Of a stretch of DNA of 24,602 nucleotides, positions 15,618-24,115 are shown piece by piece. Position 1 is the first letter of the stretch. Each line of letters begins with the position of its first letter. Where the stretch lies: assembly GCA_031366795.1 (NCBI GenBank), contig JANLOX010000095.1:1-24602 (forward strand), read 5' to 3'. A program made the position numbers and the translations under genes. This DNA is from Candidatus Eiseniibacteriota bacterium (GTDB lineage: Bacteria; Eisenbacteria; RBG-16-71-46). The notes under the pieces are model-generated. The model was not told the DNA's origin. It worked only from the letters and a program-made list of their open reading frames with translations, and searched no databases.

Positions 15618-17045
15618 ATGATTCACCGCAACTTGCTCCGCCGCGCCACCGCCGCACTCGTCGCACTTGCGCTGATCGGGCTCGCCAGCACGTCCGCCCA
15701 TGCCGCCGATACGCACGCCTATGTGCTCACTTCCGACTACTCGAGCGGGGGCATGAGCCTGGGGAATCTCGACACGCGCGTCATCACGCGCGACGTTGCG
15801 AGCGCCTACTCCGACGCGCGGATGCGTTGGTTCGGCGGGCTGCTCTATGTCGTCAATCGTTTTGGCCAGGACAACATCCAGGTCATTGACCCTGCCAACA
15901 ACTTCACCACCGTGCGCCAGTTCTCGGTCGGCAATGGTTCGAACCCGCAGGACATCGCGTTCCTCTCCTCCACCAAGGCGTACGTCACGCGGCTCGCCTC
16001 CTCGCGCTTGCTGATCGTCAATCCCGCCACCGGCGACAGCATCGGCGCCATCGCGCTGGGCGCCTTCGCCGATGCCGACCACATCCCCGAAATGGACCAC
16101 ATGATTCGCGTGGGAACGACGCTGTTCGTCGCACTCGAGCGCCTGTCCAACTTCCAGCCCACCGATTCGAGTGTCGTCGTGGCCATCGACACGCGCGCCG
16201 ACACCGTGATCGACGCGGTGCCCGCGCTGCCGGGAATCCAGGCCATCGCGCTGCCCGGCACCAATCCCACCACGGGTTTCGACATCGATCCCGCGACCGG
16301 ACGGTTGATCCTGGGCTGCACTGGCAGCTATGGCGTGGGTGATGGCGGCATCGCATGGATCGACACGCAGACACTCACCAGCGGCGGTTTCGCGGTCACC
16401 GAGCCGGTGCTCGGTGGCGACGTGCTCGGTGTGGTGTGGGGGAGTGCGACGCGCTCTTTCGCCATCGTGAGCGATGCCGGCTACAACACCTCGCTCGTGG
16501 CGTGGAATCCCACGACGGGCGCGAAGCTCGCAACGGTGTTCGCACCCGGCGGCTTCAGCATCGCGGATGCCGTGCTCAACGATCGTGGCGAGTTGTACGT
16601 CTGCGACAACGACGCCTTCGGGCTCCCTGGTCTCTATGTGTTCTCAGCGGCCACCGGGGCGGCGCTGGCCGGTCCACTCGACACCGGGCTGCCGCCGGTC
16701 GCCGTCGCGTTCGATCACTCCGGCAACACCAGCCCGACCGGGGTTCCTGTGGCGAGCGCACTCACGCGCGTCGTCGAGCTCTCGGCGCCGTGGCCGCAGC
16801 CGGCGACACGGTTGGTGCGCGCGCGGCTCACGCTGGCGCGCGGGTCTCTTGTCTCCGCGGAAATCCTCGACCTGCAGGGCCGCACCGTGCGCGCGTTGAC
16901 CGCGGGCGAGTTCGCCGCCGGTACGCGAGAATTGGCGTGGGACATGCGCGATACCGCAGGCCGCAAAGCTTTACCTGGCGTTTACATCATGCGCGCCCGC
17001 CTGGGTCAGTCGTCCTTTTCGCAACGAGTTATTGTGACGCGCTGA
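15618..17045 (+). CDS. Secreted YncE/BtuG-like beta-propeller protein with C-terminal FlgD-Ig/T9SS-CTD-like domain
   Basis: SPI signal ending AHA|A; propeller-blade motifs LYVVNRFGQDNIQVID, NPQDIAF, KAYVTR, LFVALERL and LYVCD; CTD SAPWPQPA..DLQGR..WD..PGVY. ATG 15618. Confidence 0.82.
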   Translation: MIHRNLLRRATAALVALALIGLASTSAHAADTHAYVLTSDYSSGGMSLGNLDTRVITRDVASAYSDARMRWFGGLLYVVNRFGQDNIQVIDPANNFTTVRQFSVGNGSNPQDIAFLSSTKAYVTRLASSRLLIVNPATGDSIGAIALGAFADADHIPEMDHMIRVGTTLFVALERLSNFQPTDSSVVVAIDTRADTVIDAVPALPGIQAIALPGTNPTTGFDIDPATGRLILGCTGSYGVGDGGIAWIDTQTLTSGGFAVTEPVLGGDVLGVVWGSATRSFAIVSDAGYNTSLVAWNPTTGAKLATVFAPGGFSIADAVLNDRGELYVCDNDAFGLPGLYVFSAATGAALAGPLDTGLPPVAVAFDHSGNTSPTGVPVASALTRVVELSAPWPQPATRLVRARLTLARGSLVSAEILDLQGRTVRALTAGEFAAGTRELAWDMRDTAGRKALPGVYIMRARLGQSSFSQRVIVTR

Positions 17046-17142
17046 TTTGCCCGGAGTTTTCTGTACGTGAACCAAATGGAAAAAATGTCACGCGCGGGCC
17101 GGAATTCCTTGATCGACTCTGGGAATCCTGTTACCTAGACCA

Positions 17143-17315
17143 TGTCCTGAAGAGTTGGAGAGCCCTTCAGCGACACATCGTCCGTGGCCCGAACTCCCCT
17201 TTGTGGTCTGGACGTAGCTGACAATGCCGGGTGGCGCACAGGGATGCCCCAGATCGCCACCATCGCCCAAGGGCACGGAACCCTTCAGGTGATGGCGTAG
17301 TACCCCGGTGTCGGT
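17143..17315 (+). other. Unnamed structured RNA/leader element candidate
   Basis: Pairings CTGAAG/CTTCAG, GCTGACA/TGTCGGT with CCGG/CCGG, GTGGCG/CGCCAC, CATCGCC/GGTGATG and AAGGG/CCCTT in a 323-nt intergenic gap. Confidence 0.4.
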
Positions 17316-17368
17316 CGTGAATCTCCATACATCCTGATGGATTGCTCTGACTTAGGAGACTTCGACCC

Positions 17369-18028
17369 ATGTACCGATGGATCGCACGCTTCATCATGCT
17401 TTGCGCGTTCTCGGCGGCCCTCGCCGCGGGCGCCTCGGCGCAGACTCGAATCGCAACCCTGGAATGGACCGCTCCGGGCGACGACGCCTTCGTGGGGAAA
17501 GCCACCACGTACGAAATCCGCTTCTCGCGCAGCCCGATCAGCGCTTCCACCTTCGCGATCGCAACGAAGCTCAATATCGCCTTCCTGCCTGGGATCGCGG
17601 GCACCAAGGAACACCTGACCGTCGTCGGGCTCACGCAGGGCGTGGGCTACTACTTCGCATTGCGCGCCATCGACGATGGCGGCAACTACTCGCCGGTCTC
17701 GAACATCGCCTACCTGCCCGGCAACGTGGCTGGAGTCGATGCCGTCAACGCGCCGCCCGATTTCTCGGCGCCGTTGCCGAATCCCGCGCTGGGCAGCACG
17801 CGTTTCTCGGTGACGCTGTCGCGGCCCGAGTGGATGCGCGTCGAGGCGTTCGATGTGGGCGGCCGCAAGGTCCGTACGCTGGCGATGGGGCAGTACTCGG
17901 CCGGGCACTTCGACCTGCGCTGGGACCTGCGGGACGACAGTGGCCAGCGCCTCAATCCCGGCGCCTACCTGGTGCGCAGCCAGGTCGGCGATGCGGTGTT
18001 CTTGCGTCGCGTGATGGTCGTCGGCTAA
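17369..18028 (+). CDS. Secreted FN3-like domain + FlgD-Ig/T9SS-CTD-like protein (paralog 1)
   Basis: SD AGGAG; signal ending ASA|Q; motifs LEWTAPGDD, YEIRFS and YYFALRAIDDGGNYSPVSN; CTD SAPLPNPA..FDVGGRKVRTL..WDLRD..PGAY. Confidence 0.85.
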   Translation: MYRWIARFIMLCAFSAALAAGASAQTRIATLEWTAPGDDAFVGKATTYEIRFSRSPISASTFAIATKLNIAFLPGIAGTKEHLTVVGLTQGVGYYFALRAIDDGGNYSPVSNIAYLPGNVAGVDAVNAPPDFSAPLPNPALGSTRFSVTLSRPEWMRVEAFDVGGRKVRTLAMGQYSAGHFDLRWDLRDDSGQRLNPGAYLVRSQVGDAVFLRRVMVVG

Positions 18029-18078
18029 CTTCTCGCCCGATTCGAGTCGCTGCCGCGGAGGCCGCTCCGCGTGCGCAC

Positions 18079-18119
18079 CGCGAGTCGCCTCTTCGCAGGA
18101 ACGCATGAGGCGACTCGCG
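18079..18119. terminator. 13-bp perfect hairpin between the FN3 paralogs
   Basis: CGCGAGTCGCCTC (18079-18091) pairs with GAGGCGACTCGCG (18107-18119); 15-nt loop; no U-tract. Confidence 0.45.
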
Positions 18120-18155
18120 CGCTGTAACTCACCGGGATGGAAGGGCGTGACCAGG

Positions 18156-18857
18156 ATGGACACGTTTCGCAAGGCGCTGCTTGCCGCGGGGCTGATGCTC
18201 GCCGCGTGCACGGCGCCGGCCGCCGCAGGAATGGCCGGGACCGCAGGGCCCAGGAGTTTGCCGGGTACCACGACGAGTCTCGTGACGCTGGTGTGGACCG
18301 CTCCTGGCGACGATGGCTTCGAGGGTGCCGCGGCGGAGTACGACCTGCGCTACTCGCTGTCGCCCATCACGCCGCAGAACTTCGACGAGGCCTTGCGCGT
18401 GGACAACGTCACCCATCCGGGTGCAGCAGGCGTACGCCAGCGTGCCAAGGTCACGGGGCTCGAGGCCAACCGCCTCTACTACTTCGCGCTCAAGGCCGCC
18501 GACGATGCCGGCAATTGGTCGCTGCTCTCGAACGTCGCCTTCAAGACGGCGCCCGATGCCTCGGCGCTGGCACGCGCCTCCGAGATCTCGCTGTCCTCGC
18601 CCTTCCCGAGCCCCGCGCGCGGCCGGATCCACGTCGCGTTCACGGTGCCCGAGGAGATGTTCGCGCACATCAAGGTGTTCGACGTCAGCGGCCGTGAGCG
18701 CAAGACACTCGCCTACGACACCTACGCGGCGGGCACGACGACACTGCTGTGGGACCTGGACGACGAAAATGGTGTACGGCTGGGGATTGGCCAATACTGG
18801 ATCAAGGCACTGATCGGGAACCGGACGCTGACGCAGCGTCTCACCATCATCCCCTAG
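18156..18857 (+). CDS. Secreted or lipoprotein FN3-like domain + FlgD-Ig/T9SS-CTD-like protein (paralog 2)
   Basis: ATG 18156 gives MDTFRKALLAAGLM-LAA|C (possible lipobox); motifs LVWTAPGDD, YDLRYS and YYFALKAADDAGNWSLLSN; CTD SSPFPSPA..FDVSGR..WDLDD..GQY. Confidence 0.85.
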   Translation: MDTFRKALLAAGLMLAACTAPAAAGMAGTAGPRSLPGTTTSLVTLVWTAPGDDGFEGAAAEYDLRYSLSPITPQNFDEALRVDNVTHPGAAGVRQRAKVTGLEANRLYYFALKAADDAGNWSLLSNVAFKTAPDASALARASEISLSSPFPSPARGRIHVAFTVPEEMFAHIKVFDVSGRERKTLAYDTYAAGTTTLLWDLDDENGVRLGIGQYWIKALIGNRTLTQRLTIIP

Positions 18858-19023
18858 TGGGGGCACGGAGCCATGCTTCCCGCGGCCTGGCGTCACATCT
18901 CGGGATGTGGGCCTGACCGCGGGGAGCGGCACGTCTGGCTTCGAACGGGTGGGTCCGTTCTTGGTCCCGCTGCCACGGCTTCCCAACCATGACCCCGAAA
19001 CCATCATCAAACTTAGCGCACCG

Positions 19024-20424
19024 ATGAGTCCCGCTGCGAGAACTTTGATCGCCATTTATGTCATTTCGTGCGGTCTATCGCTGGCCTTTCGGTGCAGCGC
19101 GGATGTAACGACGGCGGCAGATTCAGCAACACCGCCGCAGGCCGCGGCCAGCGTCATCGCCGCGACACCGGTTGCCCCGCCAGCGCTCGCGGAGCTCGAC
19201 GCACCGGTCGCCACCGCCACGCTCGCGGCTCCCCACCCCGTTGCCAAGATCCGCGCCGCCTTCACGCCTGCGAACCAGCGCTATGCGCACGTGCGGCAGG
19301 CTCTCGCGCTGATCGATCCGTGCTGGGACATCGCTGCGGCGCTCCTGCTGTTGTTCAGCGGCCTGTCGGCGCGTATTCGCGATCTCGCGACGCGGCGATT
19401 CCGCAGCCGCTACATGCGCGTGCTCGTGTTTATCGCGGTGGCTGGGCTCATCGCGGGGGCGGTGCGGTTACCGGTTGAACTGTTTCGAGGTTACTGGTGG
19501 GAGCACCGCTACGGGTTGTCGAACCAAAGCCTGCTCGACTGGAGCGTCGAACAGCTCAAGGTCTACGCGCTCAACATCGCCTTCATCGGCGGCACCGGGT
19601 TGCTCGCGCTGGCCTTGCTCGGCATCGAGCGCGCGGGGCGGCGAGCGTGGGTCTGGTTGGCACTCGGCATGCTACCGGTCGCGGTGGCGGGCGTGCTGCT
19701 GTCACCGCTCGTGTTCGAGCCCGCGTTCAATAAATTCGAGCCGCTGGGTAATGCGCAGCTCGACCACCGCATCCTGGCACTCGCCGAGCGCGCGGGGATC
19801 CCGGCGCGCCATGTGTTCCAAGTCGATCGTAGCCGCCAGACGAATACCGTCAATGCCTACGTCAGCGGGTTCGGCCCCTCGCAACGCATCGTCCTGTGGG
19901 ACACGACGCTCAAGCGGCTGAGCGAAGACGAGATCCTTGCCGTGATGGGCCACGAGATGGGGCACTACGTGCTGCATCATCTGTGGCGCGGCATCGCGCT
20001 CATGTGGCTGCTGAGCTTCGCGTTGTTCTTCGCCGCCGCGCGCATGGTGGATGCATCGATCGCGCGGTGGGGGATGCGCTGGGCCGTGCGCGACCGCGCG
20101 GATGTGGCGGCGTTGCCGCTCTACGCGCTGGTGCTCACGCTGCTGCTGGCGCTGGCGCAGCCCGTGATCTACGCGGAGTCGCGCGAGGTCGAACACGAGG
20201 CGGATGTGTTCGGGCTCGAGGCGACCCACCTGAATGCCGCGGCCGCGAGCGCGTTCGTGAAGTTGGGCGCCGAGAACCGCAGCGATCCCGATCCCCCCGC
20301 GCTGATCCGGCTATTACTCTACACGCACCCGCCGCTGCTCGACCGCGTGCGATTCGCGCAGCGCTACCACCCGTGGACGAGCGGGCAGGCGAACCAGTAC
20401 TTCCACGGGCCGGCGCCGAACTAG
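19024..20424 (+). CDS. M48 family (Ste24/HtpX-like) membrane zinc metallopeptidase
   Basis: Motifs EHRYGLSNQS, NAYVSGFGPSQRIVLWDT, HEMGH (HExxH), EHEAD and YTHPP..DR; multiple TM segments. Start placed at ATG 19024 because it gives a signal-like N-terminus. Confidence 0.92.
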   Translation: MSPAARTLIAIYVISCGLSLAFRCSADVTTAADSATPPQAAASVIAATPVAPPALAELDAPVATATLAAPHPVAKIRAAFTPANQRYAHVRQALALIDPCWDIAAALLLLFSGLSARIRDLATRRFRSRYMRVLVFIAVAGLIAGAVRLPVELFRGYWWEHRYGLSNQSLLDWSVEQLKVYALNIAFIGGTGLLALALLGIERAGRRAWVWLALGMLPVAVAGVLLSPLVFEPAFNKFEPLGNAQLDHRILALAERAGIPARHVFQVDRSRQTNTVNAYVSGFGPSQRIVLWDTTLKRLSEDEILAVMGHEMGHYVLHHLWRGIALMWLLSFALFFAAARMVDASIARWGMRWAVRDRADVAALPLYALVLTLLLALAQPVIYAESREVEHEADVFGLEATHLNAAAASAFVKLGAENRSDPDPPALIRLLLYTHPPLLDRVRFAQRYHPWTSGQANQYFHGPAPN

Positions 20425-20473
20425 GCGGTGCGCTGGAGTTGGGCTGTGATGTGTTGCCCGTGCCGCAGCAGCG

Positions 20474-23017
20474 TTATGGCATCATCACGAGGCGCCGCGT
20501 GAGCCGCTGCGCGGAGGTTCGCAGCCGCACGAAATAGACGCCCGCGTTGACCCGGTGCCCATTCGTGTCGCTCATGTCCCACTGTCGCGCGTAGCGGCCC
20601 GCGTCGATGGTGCCGGAGCTCAATGTGCGCACCACGCGTCCGGCAAGATCGAGCACCTCGAGCGACGCCTCGCCAGGCGCGGGCAGCGCGAACTCGAAGC
20701 GCGCGCTGCGATGCGCGGGATTAGGCCAGGGGTTCGACAGCTCGAGCGTTCCTTGCGCCGACGGCGGTCCTACCGCGACCAGCGCGGGTTGCGCTGCGGG
20801 ATCGAACAGCAACACGCGGAGCGAGTCGAGCGAGAGCCCATCGAAGTTCGTATTGCCATCGCTGCGCAGCCGGAAGCGCAAGCGCACCGCCGAGCCCGCA
20901 GCGCCCGTGTAGGCCGACAGGTCGGTCCACTCGGTGCGCCAGCCCCAGCGCGTGCCTTCGTAGAAGTACTTGCCCGCGGTCTGGACACCGAGCCCCGAGC
21001 CCACAAAACCGCCTGGTCCCCGCACGTTGACCCACGTCGTGCCGTTGAAGCTGGCCTCGACGACACCCGCGTCATAGTCGTGCTGGATGTCCCAGCGTGA
21101 GTCGTAGACCGCGTAGGCGTGCACGCCGGTCGTCATGTTGAGGGGCGACACCAGTGTCATGGTGGCGGCGGAGCCGATCGGGTAGTTGCCGGCGGGGCTG
21201 TCGGCGAAGTAGCGGCTCGTGTGCAGCGGATCGTTCTGCACGATGCCCCACGTGCCCGCGGGGCTCACCGTCCACTTGGCCATCGCCAGGGAGGCGTCGT
21301 CGGATGCGAGCACGGTCGGCGTGCCCAGCGGAATCGTCAGCGTGTCGCGCGACACGAGGCCGGAAGCGTCGCCGAATTGGATCTGGAAGCGCACGAGCCG
21401 GCCCACCGTAACGGTGTCGTTGACCACCATCTCGAACGTGGCGCCACCCAGCGGGTCACCACTGGTGCGCGAGCCGAGTGTCGGGTAGGTGACGGTGCTG
21501 AGCAGCATGCGCACTCCCGGATCGAGCGGCGTCAGCGTACCGGTCAGGCCCGGCCCTGCGGCCGCACCCGCGCCGACGTTGCGCGCGCGCACCGAAACGT
21601 GGGCGCCGTAGCTGGCGTTCAAGTTGCCTTCGGCGATGGTCCAGCCGTCCTGTTGCACGAATGCGCCGGCGATCGCGGCGACCATGTAGCTCGTGCGCAG
21701 CGTCGATTGCGCCAGCGGCACGATGCGCGAGGGCGGCGGCCAGAAGAAGTCATTGTCGTTGCCGATCTCGGGCGTCCAGGTGAAGGCGCGCGCCTTGGAG
21801 GTCGTGTCGCCATAAGCCCAATCGTTGAAATCGCCGTTGACGTTGTAGAGCAGCGGGCCGCTCTGGCCGGACTGGAACGCGTTATCGCGCGTGAGCAGGT
21901 CGTTCCACTCGTGGAACGCCGCGGCATCGACCGGCTGGCTGTTGGTGTAGCCCCACGGATGCAGCATCAGGTCGGCGTAGGTGTGGAACGACAATCCCGA
22001 GACCGGATGCAGGGCGGTGACGAGATCGCGCTGGGCCTGCGACTCGGGTTCCGAGAACGCCGAGGGGCCGCGGTAGGTCTCGGTCGTCACGTCCGGGCTC
22101 GAGCCGGTGTTGTCGAAGCCCCACTTGAAGCCGTAGTTGCGGTTCAGGTCGACGCCGTCGCTGTCGGCGGCGAAGCTGCCGTTGAGGTTGTTGTCGCGCG
22201 TGTTCTTGCGCCACAGCCCGAAGCCGGCCGTGTTGGTGTAGGTGTCCTCGTTGACCTTGTAGCCGTCGGGATTGACCAGCGGAACGAGGTAGATGCGGCG
22301 CTTGTCGAGCAGGTAGGTGACGAACGGGTCGCTGCCGTAGTTGGCGATCAGGTTGTCCGCGAAGTACAGCATCGACTGCATGCCGCCGGGTTCGCGGGCG
22401 TGCGTGAGCGCGTTGTAGAACGCCACCGGCCGCGTGTCGGTGCCCGTGACCTTCTTGCCGAGCTGCAGCCCCCAGATCGGCCGGCCCTGCCGCGAATAGC
22501 CCACGGTGTCGATCTTATCGGCGACGATGTCATGCGTGTCATTGGCGACCAGGTCGTCCAGCTTCTGCTTGATCTCGGCGGTGGTCCAGTAGCCACCCAT
22601 GCTGCCCGAGCCGAACGGCGGCGTCGCGATGCTTGAAGTCTTTATCGCTTTCGTCGCCGGCATCGCCGCGAGGTCGGCGCGAGCGATGCGCGCCGCGGTC
22701 TGCCCCGGGTGCGCGTCGAGCACCCGTGTCGTGGCGCCCAGCGCGTTGAGCTTCAGTTCGTCGCCCGGCCATTCGAGGATCACCAGCGCGTCTTCGCGCG
22801 TGCTGACGATGTCGAGCCCGGTGTGAATCACCGCGAGCTGCGTGACATTGCCGCCGAGCGCGATCTCGACCATGCGCGGCTCAGGCAGGGACGCGGACGC
22901 AGGCGGTGTCTCAGGCGTCGGCGCAACCGCGGCGGAACTCACGCGGGCAAACGTCGTAGCGAGTGCGCTCGCGAGCATCAGCGCGCAGGCGCTCAAGCGT
23001 GAACAGCGAGGTGTCAT
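20474..23017 (-). CDS. Secreted M14 zinc carboxypeptidase (carboxypeptidase T-like) with accessory beta domains and C-terminal FlgD-Ig/T9SS-CTD-like domain
   Basis: Signal peptide; motifs THAREP (HxxE), VPLVNPDG, WRKNTR, GVDLNRNY, FSEPES, SFHTY and TPEIG; CTD SNPWPNPA..DLAGRVVRTL..WD..AGVYFVR; SD GGGGAGG. Confidence 0.92.
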   Translation of the reverse strand: MTPRCSRLSACALMLASALATTFARVSSAAVAPTPETPPASASLPEPRMVEIALGGNVTQLAVIHTGLDIVSTREDALVILEWPGDELKLNALGATTRVLDAHPGQTAARIARADLAAMPATKAIKTSSIATPPFGSGSMGGYWTTAEIKQKLDDLVANDTHDIVADKIDTVGYSRQGRPIWGLQLGKKVTGTDTRPVAFYNALTHAREPGGMQSMLYFADNLIANYGSDPFVTYLLDKRRIYLVPLVNPDGYKVNEDTYTNTAGFGLWRKNTRDNNLNGSFAADSDGVDLNRNYGFKWGFDNTGSSPDVTTETYRGPSAFSEPESQAQRDLVTALHPVSGLSFHTYADLMLHPWGYTNSQPVDAAAFHEWNDLLTRDNAFQSGQSGPLLYNVNGDFNDWAYGDTTSKARAFTWTPEIGNDNDFFWPPPSRIVPLAQSTLRTSYMVAAIAGAFVQQDGWTIAEGNLNASYGAHVSVRARNVGAGAAAGPGLTGTLTPLDPGVRMLLSTVTYPTLGSRTSGDPLGGATFEMVVNDTVTVGRLVRFQIQFGDASGLVSRDTLTIPLGTPTVLASDDASLAMAKWTVSPAGTWGIVQNDPLHTSRYFADSPAGNYPIGSAATMTLVSPLNMTTGVHAYAVYDSRWDIQHDYDAGVVEASFNGTTWVNVRGPGGFVGSGLGVQTAGKYFYEGTRWGWRTEWTDLSAYTGAAGSAVRLRFRLRSDGNTNFDGLSLDSLRVLLFDPAAQPALVAVGPPSAQGTLELSNPWPNPAHRSARFEFALPAPGEASLEVLDLAGRVVRTLSSGTIDAGRYARQWDMSDTNGHRVNAGVYFVRLRTSAQRLTRRLVMMP

Positions 23018-23052
23018 GGGCCTCCCCTAGCCGGTAGGAAGTGAGCCCTAAA

Positions 23053-23061
23053 ATCATAGCA
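23053..23061 (-). promoter_or_regulatory. Extended -10 promoter candidate (TGnTATGAT) for the M14 peptidase
   Basis: Minus strand TGCTATGAT, 35 nt upstream of ATG 23017. Confidence 0.45.
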
Positions 23062-23126
23062 CGGAGCCGCATTCCGGCCCCCGGCTGATTCGCCGGGGGC
23101 GTCGGGAAGATGCAAAATGCGGAGTC

Positions 23127-23828
23127 ATGACCCCACCCGTGCGGCTTGCATGGCTGTTCGACATCGACGGCACCCTGCTGCTCACCGGAGGGGCCGCCAG
23201 GGAGGCGTTCGTCCGCGCCGCCCGGGAGGTGTTCGGCCTGGACGACGGGCTCGAGGACATCGGCTTCGCGGGGCGGATCGACCCCGAGATCCTGCGCGAA
23301 ATCCTCGAGAAGCACGGGCTCACGCCGCCGCCTGAAAGCATCGAGCGGTTCTACGATAACGTGGTGGCGCACATGGACACCGCCATCCACAACGGCCGCG
23401 GCCGGCTGCTGCCGGGAGTGCCCGCGATGCTCGACGCCGTCGCCGCCGAGTCCGCGTGGGCGCGCACGCTGCTTACCGGAAACATGACGCGCATGGCGGC
23501 GATCAAGCTCAAGCACTTCGGCATCGCGCATCACTTCGCGATGGGTGCTTACGGAGAGCAAGCGGAATCGCGCCCCGAGCTCGCGCGGCTGGCGGTGGCT
23601 CGCATCCGCGAGCGCTATGGCGTCGAGCCCACGCGATGTGTGGTGGTCGGCGACACGATCCACGACATCGCCTGCGCACGCGCGGCTGGAGCGCTCGTCG
23701 TGGCAGTGGCCACGGGCTCGCAATCGCGCGCGGAACTCGAAGCGCATGCGCCGGATCTTGCGCTCGACGATCTCACGCAGCGCGAGGAGTTGCTCGAGTG
23801 GGCGCGGGGTGTTGAGGCGGGAGCCTGA
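23127..23828 (+). CDS. HAD-superfamily hydrolase (phosphoglycolate phosphatase-like)
   Basis: Motif I FDIDGTL, motif II LLTGN, motif IV VVVGDTIHD, and VAVATG. Confidence 0.92.
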   Translation: MTPPVRLAWLFDIDGTLLLTGGAAREAFVRAAREVFGLDDGLEDIGFAGRIDPEILREILEKHGLTPPPESIERFYDNVVAHMDTAIHNGRGRLLPGVPAMLDAVAAESAWARTLLTGNMTRMAAIKLKHFGIAHHFAMGAYGEQAESRPELARLAVARIRERYGVEPTRCVVVGDTIHDIACARAAGALVVAVATGSQSRAELEAHAPDLALDDLTQREELLEWARGVEAGA

Positions 23829-23845
23829 GCACTAAGCGGAACGGA

Positions 23846-24115
23846 TTAAGCCGCCCGGAGAGGAGCTAATTCGCCCCGCTTCAACTCCGGCTGACCGAGG
23901 CTGCGAAGCACTTGGTTCATCTTGGAGAGCGAGACGGTTCGCGGCGCCGTGATCTCAATCCCAATTGCCTTCCCGCCTCGGCTGTAGTCCACCAAAATCC
24001 CTGTCGCAACTTCCTCTGTCCGGTAGCTGCGCTGGCGAGGCAGGCGTGGAAGATAGTAGTACGCCGCCATGGCTCGGCCGTGGCGAAACGTCACTTCCAA
24101 ATAGGAGTCTTTCAT
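23846..24115 (-). CDS. DUF2283-like protein, putative antitoxin
   Basis: AAYYYL..SYRTEEV..GILVDY...GKAIGIEI pattern. ATG 24115 overlaps the upstream stop (ATGA). Confidence 0.8.
   Translation of the reverse strand: MKDSYLEVTFRHGRAMAAYYYLPRLPRQRSYRTEEVATGILVDYSRGGKAIGIEITAPRTVSLSKMNQVLRSLGQPELKRGELAPLRAA

Noticed and set aside
15618..15660. Twin-arginine (Tat) signal in the beta-propeller (NLLRRAT)
   Set aside because: It lacks the S/T-R-R-x-F-L-K context, so an ordinary Sec signal is the simpler reading.
17232..17247. TGGCGCACAGGGATGC as a sigma-54 promoter
   Set aside because: GG-to-GC spacing is one base too long, and RpoN spacing is strict.
17143..17315. Assignment of the structured element to glycine, c-di-AMP (ydaO) or c-di-GMP riboswitch families
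   Set aside because: Fragments such as TGGAGAG, CGCCCAAGG..TTCAGG, CCCGAAC and GTGAATC resemble those motifs, but key nucleotides differ or the order is wrong. Kept only as an unnamed element.
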